From positions 1 through 58,542 of the IMG/VR virus record IMGVR_UViG_3300036768_001555: 58,542 bases of DNA; one strand, given 5' to 3'. A program made the translations under genes and the position numbers. This document shows, in pieces, positions 25,081-33,883 of the stretch. The notes below the pieces were generated by a model. It saw only the letters and a program-made list of their open reading frames with translations. It had not been told where the DNA came from and made no database searches. Source of the stretch: a virus (lineage: Duplodnaviria; Caudoviricetes). Positions within the stretch are counted from its first letter, which is position 1, and the number at the start of each line of letters is the position of its first letter.

Positions 25081-25461
25081 ATGAAGACAGTGCAGCTGCA
25101 AGACATTGTGGACGTGGAGCTGATCCTAGCGGCGCTGTATGCCAAGCCGATCAGTGGGTTGGAGCAGCTCCGGCTCTTCGACAAGGTGCTGTCGGCGCTG
25201 GAGGGCATTGCCAACATCAAGTATGACGAAAACGGCAACGTCATGGTGTTCGAGATGGAGAACGGCAAGGTGGTCTTCGATGAGAACAATCGTCCCAGGC
25301 GAGCGATCACCTGGAAGTCGGACAAGCGTGAGCTGCGCCTTGAGGACGGGCACGCGGAGTTTCTCAAGGCGCGGCTGACGGCAACTGAGTGGACGGGGGC
25401 AGCGGCGCGACGCGCCCTGCGCATCGTGGAAGACTTGAGCAAAGATGGAGCGGATCACTGA
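25081..25461 (+). CDS. Hypothetical protein (possible fibre assembly factor)
   Basis: GGAGG RBS; directly precedes the fibre genes. Confidence 0.55.
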   Translation: MKTVQLQDIVDVELILAALYAKPISGLEQLRLFDKVLSALEGIANIKYDENGNVMVFEMENGKVVFDENNRPRRAITWKSDKRELRLEDGHAEFLKARLTATEWTGAAARRALRIVEDLSKDGADH

Positions 25462-26866
25462 TCCCGTTGACCTGCGCGACTACAATGAAGACTATGACAT
25501 CGCGCTGAGACTCTTCCGCCAGCCTGGGCTTACACAAGCTGACCTGTCGTTTTCCGTGTACGACGCTGACAATAGCGTGCCCATTCTCAGAGCACGGAAA
25601 AATACACTTCTCTTCGGGGATGGCACGACAGCCGAGGACAAGTACATCTACGCGCGCACTGGCGCGGCCCAGGAGCCATTCATAAAGTATAATGTCACCT
25701 CTGGGAAATGGGAGATTTACCCTGCTCCTAGCGGCGGGGGAGGGGCAGAGCCGATCCTCGCCGCGCATAAGATTCTCCAGGCCGATGTGCACACGGACAC
25801 CGAGAGCGGCGACCCTGTTCAAGGCGACCTGATCGTAGCGAATGCCACGCCGAAGTGGGCGCGCTTCCCCAAAGGCGCAGCGAACCAGATCCTGGGTGTG
25901 CAAGCCTCCGGCGCGACGCTGGAGTGGAAAAACATCATTTCGCTGCTTGCAGCTGGAGCGGGGATCAGCATCTCCGGCTCAACCGTTGCCACGATTACGA
26001 ACACTGGGGTTCTGTCGGTCAATGCGATGGCCGGAGCGGTCTCCATCGTGGGGACGACAAACCAGGTGAACGTGAGCAGTGGTGGGGGCACGGTGACACT
26101 CTCGCTCCCGCAGAACATTCACACCTCAGCTGCGCCGACATTCGGCGGCTTGATTTTGGGTTCTACCGCCAAAAGGGTCGGGAGCACTGGTATCTTCATT
26201 GGGCTAGAACACATTGCGAGCTACATAGAGTTTCTCACTTCCGCATACGATGTTGGATATGGAGCAAAGATCTATGGCGTAGACAGCGGTGGAGGGGTGA
26301 CCTCTGTCCGCTTGGCTGTGCGTGGGCAGTCGGTCTCTTGGACTGATGCGATCACGGTACTGGCGCAAAACGGCGCTGGGAATGGCTGGGTGGGGATAGG
26401 GATTTCCCCGACCAGCCGACTCGATGTCAATGGACAGATCACTATCCGTGGCGGCACCCCAGCAGTGGGCAAGATATTGCGATGCTCCTCAGCGACCGGT
26501 CTTGCAGAATGGTCAAATCTCAAGCGTATGCTTGTCTTTCCAATTCCTGGAAACCCTGCTGCTGGCGCTCCGGTCTCTGTGCGAATCGTTGCTCCAACAT
26601 CAGGGACGATCACGGCGGTCAAGCATATCTGCACCGTGGCAGCTTCGACAACATATACATACGACATCAACAAAAACGGCACGACAATCTACACAACTCA
26701 GAGCAATCGCCCACAGCGCACCAGCGCGCATGGGACAAGCCTTATCACGGCAGCGATGCCCGACGTGACTTCTATCGCTGCTGGTGATGTGTTCGAGATT
26801 GATCTGGACGTCCAGGGCACAGGCGTCAAGGATGTGGTGTTCTTCATCGAATACGTGGAGACCTAG
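25445..26866 (+). CDS. Tail fibre protein
   Basis: G/S/T/A-rich; fibre motifs QGDLIVA..KWARFPKG.ANQIL, AGAGISISG, GVLSVN, GWVGIGISPTSRLDVNG; C-terminal beta domain (DINKNGTTI...IAAGDVFEIDLD). Confidence 0.8.
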   Translation: MERITDPVDLRDYNEDYDIALRLFRQPGLTQADLSFSVYDADNSVPILRARKNTLLFGDGTTAEDKYIYARTGAAQEPFIKYNVTSGKWEIYPAPSGGGGAEPILAAHKILQADVHTDTESGDPVQGDLIVANATPKWARFPKGAANQILGVQASGATLEWKNIISLLAAGAGISISGSTVATITNTGVLSVNAMAGAVSIVGTTNQVNVSSGGGTVTLSLPQNIHTSAAPTFGGLILGSTAKRVGSTGIFIGLEHIASYIEFLTSAYDVGYGAKIYGVDSGGGVTSVRLAVRGQSVSWTDAITVLAQNGAGNGWVGIGISPTSRLDVNGQITIRGGTPAVGKILRCSSATGLAEWSNLKRMLVFPIPGNPAAGAPVSVRIVAPTSGTITAVKHICTVAASTTYTYDINKNGTTIYTTQSNRPQRTSAHGTSLITAAMPDVTSIAAGDVFEIDLDVQGTGVKDVVFFIEYVET

Positions 26867-26875
26867 GAGGGAACA

Positions 26876-28537
26876 ATGGCGCGAGTGAACTTCCCAAAGC
26901 GGTTCACAAACTCTCCAGCCGCACCGCCGCATGATCCAACACTGACGTACAAGGTGTGGGCGGAGGATATTCTGCCAACCCTGTCAGCATTGCAGGATGC
27001 AACATCGGGTATCAATACTGAGCAGGTTGAAGTTAGAGGGGCGCTCACGGTAGACTCGCAGCGCAACATTTTCGCGCAGGCTGGTCAGTTTGCTGGCCCT
27101 GTGGCCATTGGTGGGAGTGCCCATCCTGCAGCTATCCTCGATGTGCAGTCTACAGGGAAAGGTGTGCGCTTTCCCTCGATGACGACTGCACAGCGCGATG
27201 CTATCCCTACCCCGCCCCCAGGTCTCATCATCTACAATACTGACAGAAACAAATATGAGTTCTTTTCAGGATTGAGATGGGGGCAGCTTGGGGGAATGCC
27301 GTGGTACAACGTGCTTGACTATGGAGCCAAAGGGGATGGCACAACAGATGATACTGCTGCTATTCAAGCAGCTATTGACGCATGTGCAGCAAATGGCGGC
27401 GGAACAGTGTACTTCCCACCTGGAACATACAAGATAACCAACACGATCACGGTGAAGAAAAAAGTCAACCTTGTGGGGGATCACAGCAGCGATACGTTCA
27501 CGGAAGTCAGCGGGGAAATCGCTGTCACAAAGCTGGTCTGGGGCAGCTCCACGGCGGGCAAGATGATGATAACAGAGTCGCTGTGGGGATCAGTTATGCG
27601 AGGGCTGCTTCTCGATGGGAATTGGGTTGCCGACCAGGGTTTGGAAGTGTTTGAAGCACAGGGAGGACTCTTTGAGGACATTCACATAAAACACATCGCT
27701 GGGAACAAGCAGGCGCTCTTGTTAAATGCTGTAACGAAGAGCACGGTCATGAATACCTTCATCAAATGTGTGATACGCGATAATCTGCGGATCGGCGTGG
27801 AGCTGAGAGGGGCTGGGGGATCAGCATTTACCACTCTCAATACATTCGTTGGGTGTTTGTTTCACGGTCGGTTCATCTCGCTGCGTCTGTCGCAGTGCAC
27901 GGATACAAACACCTTTGTCGGCGGAAGAGTGGAAGCCAACAAATACGGGATCGTCTTAGGAGAGAATGACAATGTTGAAGTGTATAACAACGTGTTCATT
28001 AACGTTCCGATAGACTTGTACACCTGGCCCCTGGCGCCAGGGGAAGATTACTGCGGCATAATCGTTAGAACAGATCAAACTCTAGAAACAAGGAGTTTGT
28101 TCATCGGCGGTATTTTTGGCGGAGACATAGCGCCGGACTCGCAACGCGACAGAAGGGTGCGCTTGTATCCGAACGCGCGCGTGAAGTTCATCGAATACTC
28201 AGGGGCCGAGGTGTTATTCATCAAAAACATCACCGGCGACTACACCTTGCAGGCAGACGATCGAGACAGATTGCTCATTGTGCAGAGTGCGACTCCAGTG
28301 ACTATTTACGCGCCGCACTCAGATACACTCAAGCTCGAAGATGGGTTTACAGTAGACATCATGCAAGGTGGTTCTGGGCAAGTTACCATAGCAGGTGAGG
28401 TTGGGAAAGAGGTGCATATTTTGAACAGGATTGGCACGAAGACAGCAGGGCCGAGCGCGAAGGTGACGCTTACAAAGTACTATGGTCCAAGCGGGGCACC
28501 TAACTGGTGGGTGCTTTCAGGAGATACAGCAGCTTAA
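26876..28537 (+). CDS. Tailspike / depolymerase-type receptor-binding protein (pectate-lyase-3 beta-helix)
   Basis: NVLDYGAKGDGTTDDTAAIQAAID...GGTVYFPPGTY signature followed by Asn-rich beta-helix rungs; SAILDVQSTGKG.RFP.MT..QRDAI shaft motif. Confidence 0.85.
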   Translation: MARVNFPKRFTNSPAAPPHDPTLTYKVWAEDILPTLSALQDATSGINTEQVEVRGALTVDSQRNIFAQAGQFAGPVAIGGSAHPAAILDVQSTGKGVRFPSMTTAQRDAIPTPPPGLIIYNTDRNKYEFFSGLRWGQLGGMPWYNVLDYGAKGDGTTDDTAAIQAAIDACAANGGGTVYFPPGTYKITNTITVKKKVNLVGDHSSDTFTEVSGEIAVTKLVWGSSTAGKMMITESLWGSVMRGLLLDGNWVADQGLEVFEAQGGLFEDIHIKHIAGNKQALLLNAVTKSTVMNTFIKCVIRDNLRIGVELRGAGGSAFTTLNTFVGCLFHGRFISLRLSQCTDTNTFVGGRVEANKYGIVLGENDNVEVYNNVFINVPIDLYTWPLAPGEDYCGIIVRTDQTLETRSLFIGGIFGGDIAPDSQRDRRVRLYPNARVKFIEYSGAEVLFIKNITGDYTLQADDRDRLLIVQSATPVTIYAPHSDTLKLEDGFTVDIMQGGSGQVTIAGEVGKEVHILNRIGTKTAGPSAKVTLTKYYGPSGAPNWWVLSGDTAA

Positions 28538-28552
28538 TCTAATTCCACTTGC

Positions 28553-28599
28553 GGCGGCTGTGCTGGCGTGCGCAGGCGATGCACGCCAGCACAGCCGCC
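28553..28599. terminator. Perfect 19-bp hairpin between convergent operons (probable bidirectional terminator)
   Basis: GGCGGCTGTGCTGGCGTGC-9nt-GCACGCCAGCACAGCCGCC, lying between stops at 28537 (+) and 28622 (-). Confidence 0.7.
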
Positions 28600-28621
28600 C
28601 AAAGACGACACAAGAGCTTCA

Positions 28622-29308
28622 TCATAGCAAGCTTCCGACCGCAAAGTCGTCCTTCTTGCGCGCGACGACATGACTCGTCACCTCGACGAGGGCATGGTCG
28701 CCAGATATGTCTATAACGTCTTGATCGAGGTCTTCGATTCTCATCAGCCCGCGCGTGAATGGTGCAGCGAGCGCGCGCGGCGGGGCATAGACCTTGCGCA
28801 GCCTTCCTTGAATCATCACGTTGAAGCGCTGCCCCGCCGCGATTTCGAAGGCAATCTCTGCGATCTGGGCAATTGTCGTCCTCTCTGACACGATTATACT
28901 GCCGCTTTCGACGTAGTACCCGCATGCCCTGCGCACCATCTTGCCAGGGCTATCGTGCACTTCCTTGATCAGCCCTTGCTCGCGCAGTCGTCGCTGCACC
29001 GCGACGTTGATCTCGCGATCCTCGATCACGATGCGGTCAATCGTGAACATCGCGAAGATTTCTGCGCGCCCTTCCTGGAACTTGCCAACGCCTTTGCTTT
29101 CTCCCCCGAAGCCTTCCATGATGTTGATCCCGTTCTTTGAGAGCGAGGAGAGCGAGCCTTCCCACGTCGCACAGTAGACCTTATCTCCCCATGAGATGGA
29201 TTTTAAGAGCCTCGCAGGGATGCGCCGCGAGACCCCATGCTTGCGCGCCTCGATCACAAATCTTCTTGGCGTGTAGTTGCCGCCAATGTAGTGCAACCAC
29301 GCGGCCAT
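28622..29308 (-). CDS. Hypothetical protein
   Basis: 228-aa ORF, last gene of the leftward operon, with an RBS. Confidence 0.65.
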   Translation of the reverse strand: MAAWLHYIGGNYTPRRFVIEARKHGVSRRIPARLLKSISWGDKVYCATWEGSLSSLSKNGINIMEGFGGESKGVGKFQEGRAEIFAMFTIDRIVIEDREINVAVQRRLREQGLIKEVHDSPGKMVRRACGYYVESGSIIVSERTTIAQIAEIAFEIAAGQRFNVMIQGRLRKVYAPPRALAAPFTRGLMRIEDLDQDVIDISGDHALVEVTSHVVARKKDDFAVGSLL

Positions 29309-29311
29309 TAT

Positions 29312-29728
29312 TTAGTCCACCCCCACGGCAATATGGAGACGCTTCGTTAGGTAGTCTTTGAGAAACTCCTGCACTTTCGTGCTCTCGACGACCTTCATCA
29401 CTTCGCTATCAACTTCGTACCATCCACTGATGTTCACTGCTCCACCTTGACGCTCAACAGCAGCGATGAGGATATTTCTCTCGCGCGGCGTTAGCTCGTC
29501 AGTGGGGAAGACAGCGATGGCTTCAATCGTGTCGAGCGGAATGAAAAACGCCAGCGAGACTTCGCGGTCGAAGACATTGATGAACGGGCGTGGCTGAAGC
29601 TCGATCTCGCGCCTACCGACAGGGACGATAGCCGCCTGCGGGAACTGGCTCTGAATTTGGGCAACGTCACAGTACGGAACGTCGAAGCTGATGCGATACA
29701 TCGGTGCGAGCATTTTGTACGTAATCAT
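29312..29728 (-). CDS. Hypothetical protein
   Basis: GGAGG RBS; ATGA overlap. Confidence 0.65.
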   Translation of the reverse strand: MITYKMLAPMYRISFDVPYCDVAQIQSQFPQAAIVPVGRREIELQPRPFINVFDREVSLAFFIPLDTIEAIAVFPTDELTPRERNILIAAVERQGGAVNISGWYEVDSEVMKVVESTKVQEFLKDYLTKRLHIAVGVD

Positions 29729-29973
29729 GCTTGTCCTCCTGTCAAGTGTGTTTCATAGAGGGTGACAGCCCTGCTGCCCTGGAGGACGATGACTGCTTTT
29801 CCAGGGAAGAACACGACGTAATCATCGTCCCTCCAAGCCGCGCGCTGGGTGCACCTGTGCACGCATGGTGTGGCCTGACACGTCGCGTGTGCGCGCATGG
29901 CCTGGTCGAGTCGCACCTTTGCGAGATGCGACAGCCGAGAACGCTCAGTGATCCTCTTCATCTTCATACTCAA
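29725..29973 (-). CDS. Hypothetical protein (start uncertain)
   Basis: Coupled ORF ending ...AVTLYETHLTGGQA; the HLAKVRL...VTLY pattern is reminiscent of small RNase-toxin folds but weak. Confidence 0.45.
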   Translation of the reverse strand: MSMKMKRITERSRLSHLAKVRLDQAMRAHATCQATPCVHRCTQRAAWRDDDYVVFFPGKAVIVLQGSRAVTLYETHLTGGQA

Positions 29974-30121
29974 GGTAGATTCCTTGCAACAGGCGCTCTT
30001 GCTCTTGTGCGCGCGTCCTTGGGTCTTCGTACAGGGCGCGCATCTTCTTTCTCTTCTCTAGCCATGCCTTGTCCGCGACCTCCCATTTTACTCTTGCGAT
30101 TTCCCCAGCTTCTACCTTCAC
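29945..30121 (-). CDS. Small hypothetical protein (58 aa; below the ORF-track cutoff)
   Basis: GGAGG RBS; GTGA overlap with the upstream gene; MKVEAGEIARVKWEVADKAW...YEDEEDH. Confidence 0.55.
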   Translation of the reverse strand: MKVEAGEIARVKWEVADKAWLEKRKKMRALYEDPRTRAQEQERLLQGIYLEYEDEEDH

Positions 30122-30405
30122 GCGACCTCCTTTACGGTCCTAGAGGTATATATATATCTCCCCACGTCTTCGCCAAGGGAAGTGACTTCCACGGCGTCAA
30201 CAGTCACATTCCCCGCGATCCCCTTGCTGATATTATTGAGCGTTGATTCATCGCGCGAGTATATTGTTACGACAGCAACACCATAGTACAGCTTCAACAC
30301 GAAGCTATCCTCTGTTGCTAGTTTTGCGATCTGGCAAACCGGAGGTGTGCCTTGAAGGACAACCGTGTTGCCCTTTCTGTCACTGATACGTTGAACCATG
30401 ATCAT
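30118..30405 (-). CDS. Hypothetical protein
   Basis: AAAGGAG RBS before ATG 30405. Confidence 0.6.
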   Translation of the reverse strand: MIMVQRISDRKGNTVVLQGTPPVCQIAKLATEDSFVLKLYYGVAVVTIYSRDESTLNNISKGIAGNVTVDAVEVTSLGEDVGRYIYTSRTVKEVA

Positions 30406-30461
30406 CTCCTTTCCTGGGCCACTCGCCCTTAACACCCGCATTGGTGAATCGCTTCATGTTC

Positions 30462-30761
30462 TCACCAACTAACTGTTATACTGACTGGCTCAATGGTATA
30501 AGAGCAATTATTATATGACTTGGCTCGCCCATTAGTTAGGGCGATAATCTCATCAATGATCTTTCTGTCCCGAAATGTAAGTGTTGCGGCGATTGAGTCT
30601 GTGTATATGATCAGATAGTACAAACCTGGATCATTTTCTTCCACGAGCGAACCCGTTTTGGGGTGGAGAGCAACCTCAAGCGCTCGTATGTGCTCGATTG
30701 GAAGGTACAACTCTCGCGAAAGAACATCCAATCCTTTGCACTTGAACTTAAGAATCTTCAT
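30462..30761 (-). CDS. Hypothetical protein (low GC)
   Basis: AAGGAGGT RBS; AT-rich ORF. Confidence 0.6.
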   Translation of the reverse strand: MKILKFKCKGLDVLSRELYLPIEHIRALEVALHPKTGSLVEENDPGLYYLIIYTDSIAATLTFRDRKIIDEIIALTNGRAKSYNNCSYTIEPVSITVSW

Positions 30762-30846
30762 TATACCTCCTTCTATTAAGCGTGTCTCTCATCCTCAAGC
30801 GGGAGCCAGTATTCAAGATCGTGTAGTACGTCCGATAGTCTTCTTT

Positions 30847-31164
30847 TCATTGTAGCCCCCTTCTGGAGCACTTCTTTTTTAGATACTCTAGTGCCCCCTC
30901 CAGGTCATCGAATTCCTCCTCGACGTGAAAACGCAATCTGAAAATCTCGACCGCCTCGAAGCACACTACCTGATGGGTTTCAGGGTCTATGACATACACC
31001 AACTCGGCTGAGGCGCACGCCTCTGGGTCGTCGTAGGACGGCCCGAAATCCACGACTGCTGGGATGGACACCTGGCGACCATCGCTAAGCTCATACTCGA
31101 AGCAATCCACATACTGGTACTGCTTTTTGATGTCTCCTGGCGGCCTGTCACTAGCCTTAAACAT
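30847..31164 (-). CDS. Hypothetical acidic protein
   Basis: AAGGAG RBS before ATG 31164. Confidence 0.6.
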   Translation of the reverse strand: MFKASDRPPGDIKKQYQYVDCFEYELSDGRQVSIPAVVDFGPSYDDPEACASAELVYVIDPETHQVVCFEAVEIFRLRFHVEEEFDDLEGALEYLKKKCSRRGLQ

Positions 31165-31211
31165 CTTGAGTCTCCTTCTGTCATCGTTCGGGTCCATGCC
31201 CTACTGTGATG

Positions 31212-31262
31212 ACTGAGGGCGCGCGGGGAGTCGAACCCCGCTTCCGGCCACTGCGCCCTTAG
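31212..31262 (-). ncRNA. tRNA-like minihelix element (acceptor-like stem plus T arm, no anticodon arm)
   Basis: Minus strand reads CTAAGGGCGC-AGTGGCCGGAAG-CGGGG-TTCGACT-CCCCG-C-GCGCCCTCAG. Confidence 0.4.
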
Positions 31263-31933
31263 CACCCGCAATAAAAGAGCCTATCCACTTCCCACTGCGC
31301 CGTTCCCGCCTTGACGAGAGCTATAGCCTCTTCAATGCTAAACTCCCGTCCACACTCCCAGCAGCGCACTCTCGTGCTCGTGGGCTGCTTGGGTGCGGCT
31401 TGCAGCTCCTTGCGGCGCTTGTACTCTGCAACGAACTTTTCAGTTATATCCTCACCCTCTACGCCAGGGCAATAATGATACATCCCCAACTTCTCGATGA
31501 GATTATAGAAGATATCCCAAGCCCTAAGGCCGCGGTACTCCTTAATTGAGATTCCCGCGACGAGCTTGGGATTATCTATGCCTACACGGTTTATATGAAC
31601 CCGTATCTTCCCTTCTAGCAGATCTCTCTCGAAGGCCTCGTAGATTTCACGTAAGTATTGATATATTTGCTCTTTCTGCTCATCTGTGAGTGCGAACGTC
31701 AACGTCTGCCCATCTTTGATTTTTAGCCCACGCTCGCGCGCAAGACGTAGGAGCGCAGGGTAAGCATCGCTATACTTAGAAACCTCGATGCCGTTGATGG
31801 CTGGGCGCTCCGGCCTCATACTTGCCCATGCCAATTGTCCACCCCCATAGCCCTCTATCTCTACAGTTCTAAGATCATCCTTTATGTATGCCTTGAGGCC
31901 TCCTAGCGCTCTTGCTACTGTAATTTCTATCAT
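31259..31933 (-). CDS. Hypothetical protein with C-terminal Cys motif (CWEC...YCGC); first gene of the leftward early operon
   Basis: GAGGAG RBS; follows a consensus leftward promoter. Confidence 0.7.
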   Translation of the reverse strand: MIEITVARALGGLKAYIKDDLRTVEIEGYGGGQLAWASMRPERPAINGIEVSKYSDAYPALLRLARERGLKIKDGQTLTFALTDEQKEQIYQYLREIYEAFERDLLEGKIRVHINRVGIDNPKLVAGISIKEYRGLRAWDIFYNLIEKLGMYHYCPGVEGEDITEKFVAEYKRRKELQAAPKQPTSTRVRCWECGREFSIEEAIALVKAGTAQWEVDRLFYCGC

Positions 31934-31984
31934 CTTTGTCTCCTCTTTTGCGTTTCGGGTCGTACCCTACTCCGCGACACCTGA

Positions 31985-32013
31985 AGTATAGCTCACTGAC
32001 AAATACTTGTCAA
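31985..32013 (-). promoter_or_regulatory. Leftward sigma70-type promoter TTGACA-17-TATACT with overlapping palindrome TGACAA-N4-TTGTCA
   Basis: Top strand TGTCAA at 32008-32013 and AGTATA at 31985-31990. Confidence 0.85.
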
Positions 32014-32134
32014 GTGCAGCCCTTTGAAAAGCACGAATTAGCCACGCGTCTTGTGGTGACGAATGTCCAATGTCCATATGGACATTTGTCATGCTGCGCG
32101 CATCGAATAATTCATGCGGTCCGAGATGTGGTAC

Positions 32135-32163
32135 TTGACAAACAATTGTCGGTTATATATACT
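32135..32163 (+). promoter_or_regulatory. Rightward sigma70-type promoter TTGACA-17-TATACT with overlapping palindrome GACAA-N4-TTGTC
   Basis: TTGACA at 32135-32140, TATACT at 32158-32163. Confidence 0.85.
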
Positions 32164-32187
32164 AGATGGAAGAAGGGAGGCTCAGGA

Positions 32188-32442
32188 ATGACAAGAGAGA
32201 AGAGTGTTGGTATCGGTGAGGCGCTCTACGAGAAGATCATAAAGCTGATGGGCGTTGTGGACGAGTACGACGACGGTGATGCCCTTGTAGCAGAGACACG
32301 TTGCGATGGGCTTGTTACCAAAGTTTTCCTCGATCACGGCACTGGTAGGGTCACGGTTTACAGCCAAGACCCGCGCTTTATGATCAAGCTGGCAGAAATG
32401 GCTGATGGTATGCGGTACGCCGAGTTCAGTGCCACCTTCTAA
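32188..32442 (+). CDS. Hypothetical protein, first rightward early gene
   Basis: GGAGG RBS before ATG 32188. Confidence 0.65.
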   Translation: MTREKSVGIGEALYEKIIKLMGVVDEYDDGDALVAETRCDGLVTKVFLDHGTGRVTVYSQDPRFMIKLAEMADGMRYAEFSATF

Positions 32443-32463
32443 TCTAAAAAAGGGGGATGAACC

Positions 32464-33219
32464 ATGTGGGCATTGCCGAACCTCGCAGCGCTCAACGAAG
32501 AGGCGCATCGGAAGGCGGTGAGCGGAGAGTTTGAGCGGGCCATAGAGGAGCTGGTTGATCCAGGCACTGGGGAACCGGCTCAATGCATGTACGCGAGCGA
32601 AGAGTGCGAGGGCGAGCTGCGTGGCGAGCTGTACTACGACATCTTCTCCGAAGACCCTAAAGGGGTCATCTTCCTGTGCGAGCGGCATTGGGGCTATTAC
32701 GGCTTTCCCGCGGAAGGATACTTCTATTGCGATGGCTGCGGACGAATCTTCATCGAGAACTACACATGGGAGCTGTACTGGCACAATGGGGAAGACGGAA
32801 CGATATGCTTGAACTGCTATGCGCAGCGGGTGATCAACGACGCTTCGCGATGGATCGAGCTGACTGAAGAGGCCATCGAGAGCGTGGACTTTGAAACTCT
32901 GCGCAAGGCACCGCACATCTTCGCGGTGGGCGGGCCACGGCATGGGCTTGAACGCATTGGCTTCGTCACATTCGATTCCATGACTGGCGGGCGCGTCACG
33001 GGCTTGACCAGTTGCGAATCGTCACCGGACGGCGGTGTCAAGGAGATCAAGGATATTTTGCGGCGTGCAATGGAGATGGGGTATCAACGCGCCCTTCTGG
33101 TGTTGGACGGGGCATATCAGTTCGCTGTGGACATTGGCGTTTATGTTGACCCCAAGGATCGCCGGACAACCTACGGCGTGCGTGGCGGGGGAAGACGCAG
33201 GGTGCGCGCGCGGGGGTGA
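32464..33219 (+). CDS. Cys-rich (Zn-binding) hypothetical protein
   Basis: C...C...LCERH, CDGC...CLNC motifs; GGGGG RBS. Confidence 0.7.
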   Translation: MWALPNLAALNEEAHRKAVSGEFERAIEELVDPGTGEPAQCMYASEECEGELRGELYYDIFSEDPKGVIFLCERHWGYYGFPAEGYFYCDGCGRIFIENYTWELYWHNGEDGTICLNCYAQRVINDASRWIELTEEAIESVDFETLRKAPHIFAVGGPRHGLERIGFVTFDSMTGGRVTGLTSCESSPDGGVKEIKDILRRAMEMGYQRALLVLDGAYQFAVDIGVYVDPKDRRTTYGVRGGGRRRVRARG

Positions 33220-33224
33220 TCAGC

Positions 33225-33461
33225 ATGAGAGAACTTCCAGTATTCATCGTCGAAGTTGGGGACAACTACGCTGTCGTTCGTGTGGACAGTGACTGGGGCG
33301 GCATCCGCGAGGTGAAGATCACCCGCGACGACTTGAACGCATACTTCGCATGGGATGCACATGATCTCTCTTCTGGTGTCAGGCGGCTTGGCCCAGTCGT
33401 CGGCGACTGGCGACCAATAGACAACCTAGCTCACATTCTCAGCGAGGTGATTCCTGCATGA
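33225..33461 (+). CDS. Hypothetical protein
   Basis: Coupled ORF. Confidence 0.55.
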   Translation: MRELPVFIVEVGDNYAVVRVDSDWGGIREVKITRDDLNAYFAWDAHDLSSGVRRLGPVVGDWRPIDNLAHILSEVIPA

Positions 33462-33715
33462 TCGAGATGAAGACCCCAACGCTGTACGCGGTGCGGCTTG
33501 ACGAGCTGATTGGCCATCCGATGCTGGCCTTCCTGCCGCTGGAGCTTTATCGCAAGCTCAAGGGCGGCATGGTAGTCACGCTTGGGAAGAACATCAACGA
33601 TATTGGCGTGGCAGCATATCTTGACGAGAATGAGTTATATGTGGTAAAGTTGCTGAAGTTGCAGCTCTACAAGTTGCGTGGCAACAAGTTCGTGAGAGTG
33701 AACACAGACGGCTAA
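33458..33715 (+). CDS. Hypothetical protein
   Basis: GAGGTG RBS; ATGA overlap. Confidence 0.55.
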   Translation: MIEMKTPTLYAVRLDELIGHPMLAFLPLELYRKLKGGMVVTLGKNINDIGVAAYLDENELYVVKLLKLQLYKLRGNKFVRVNTDG

Positions 33716-33745
33716 CGCCGTCGCGGAAACCTCCTACTCGGTGCG

Positions 33746-33782
33746 GCCGTGGGCGGGCTACCATGCCCGCCCACGGCTTTTT
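33746..33782 (+). terminator. Rho-independent terminator
   Basis: GCCGTGGGCGGGC-TACCAT-GCCCGCCCACGGC-TTTTT. Confidence 0.85.
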
Positions 33783-33883
33783 GACAGGGCACGGGACACT
33801 TTTGCCCAAGCATCACCGCGAAGTGGGTACACATGTCCCTGCTTTCGCGATCTCTATTATTATAATATACTCGCGAGGTGATC

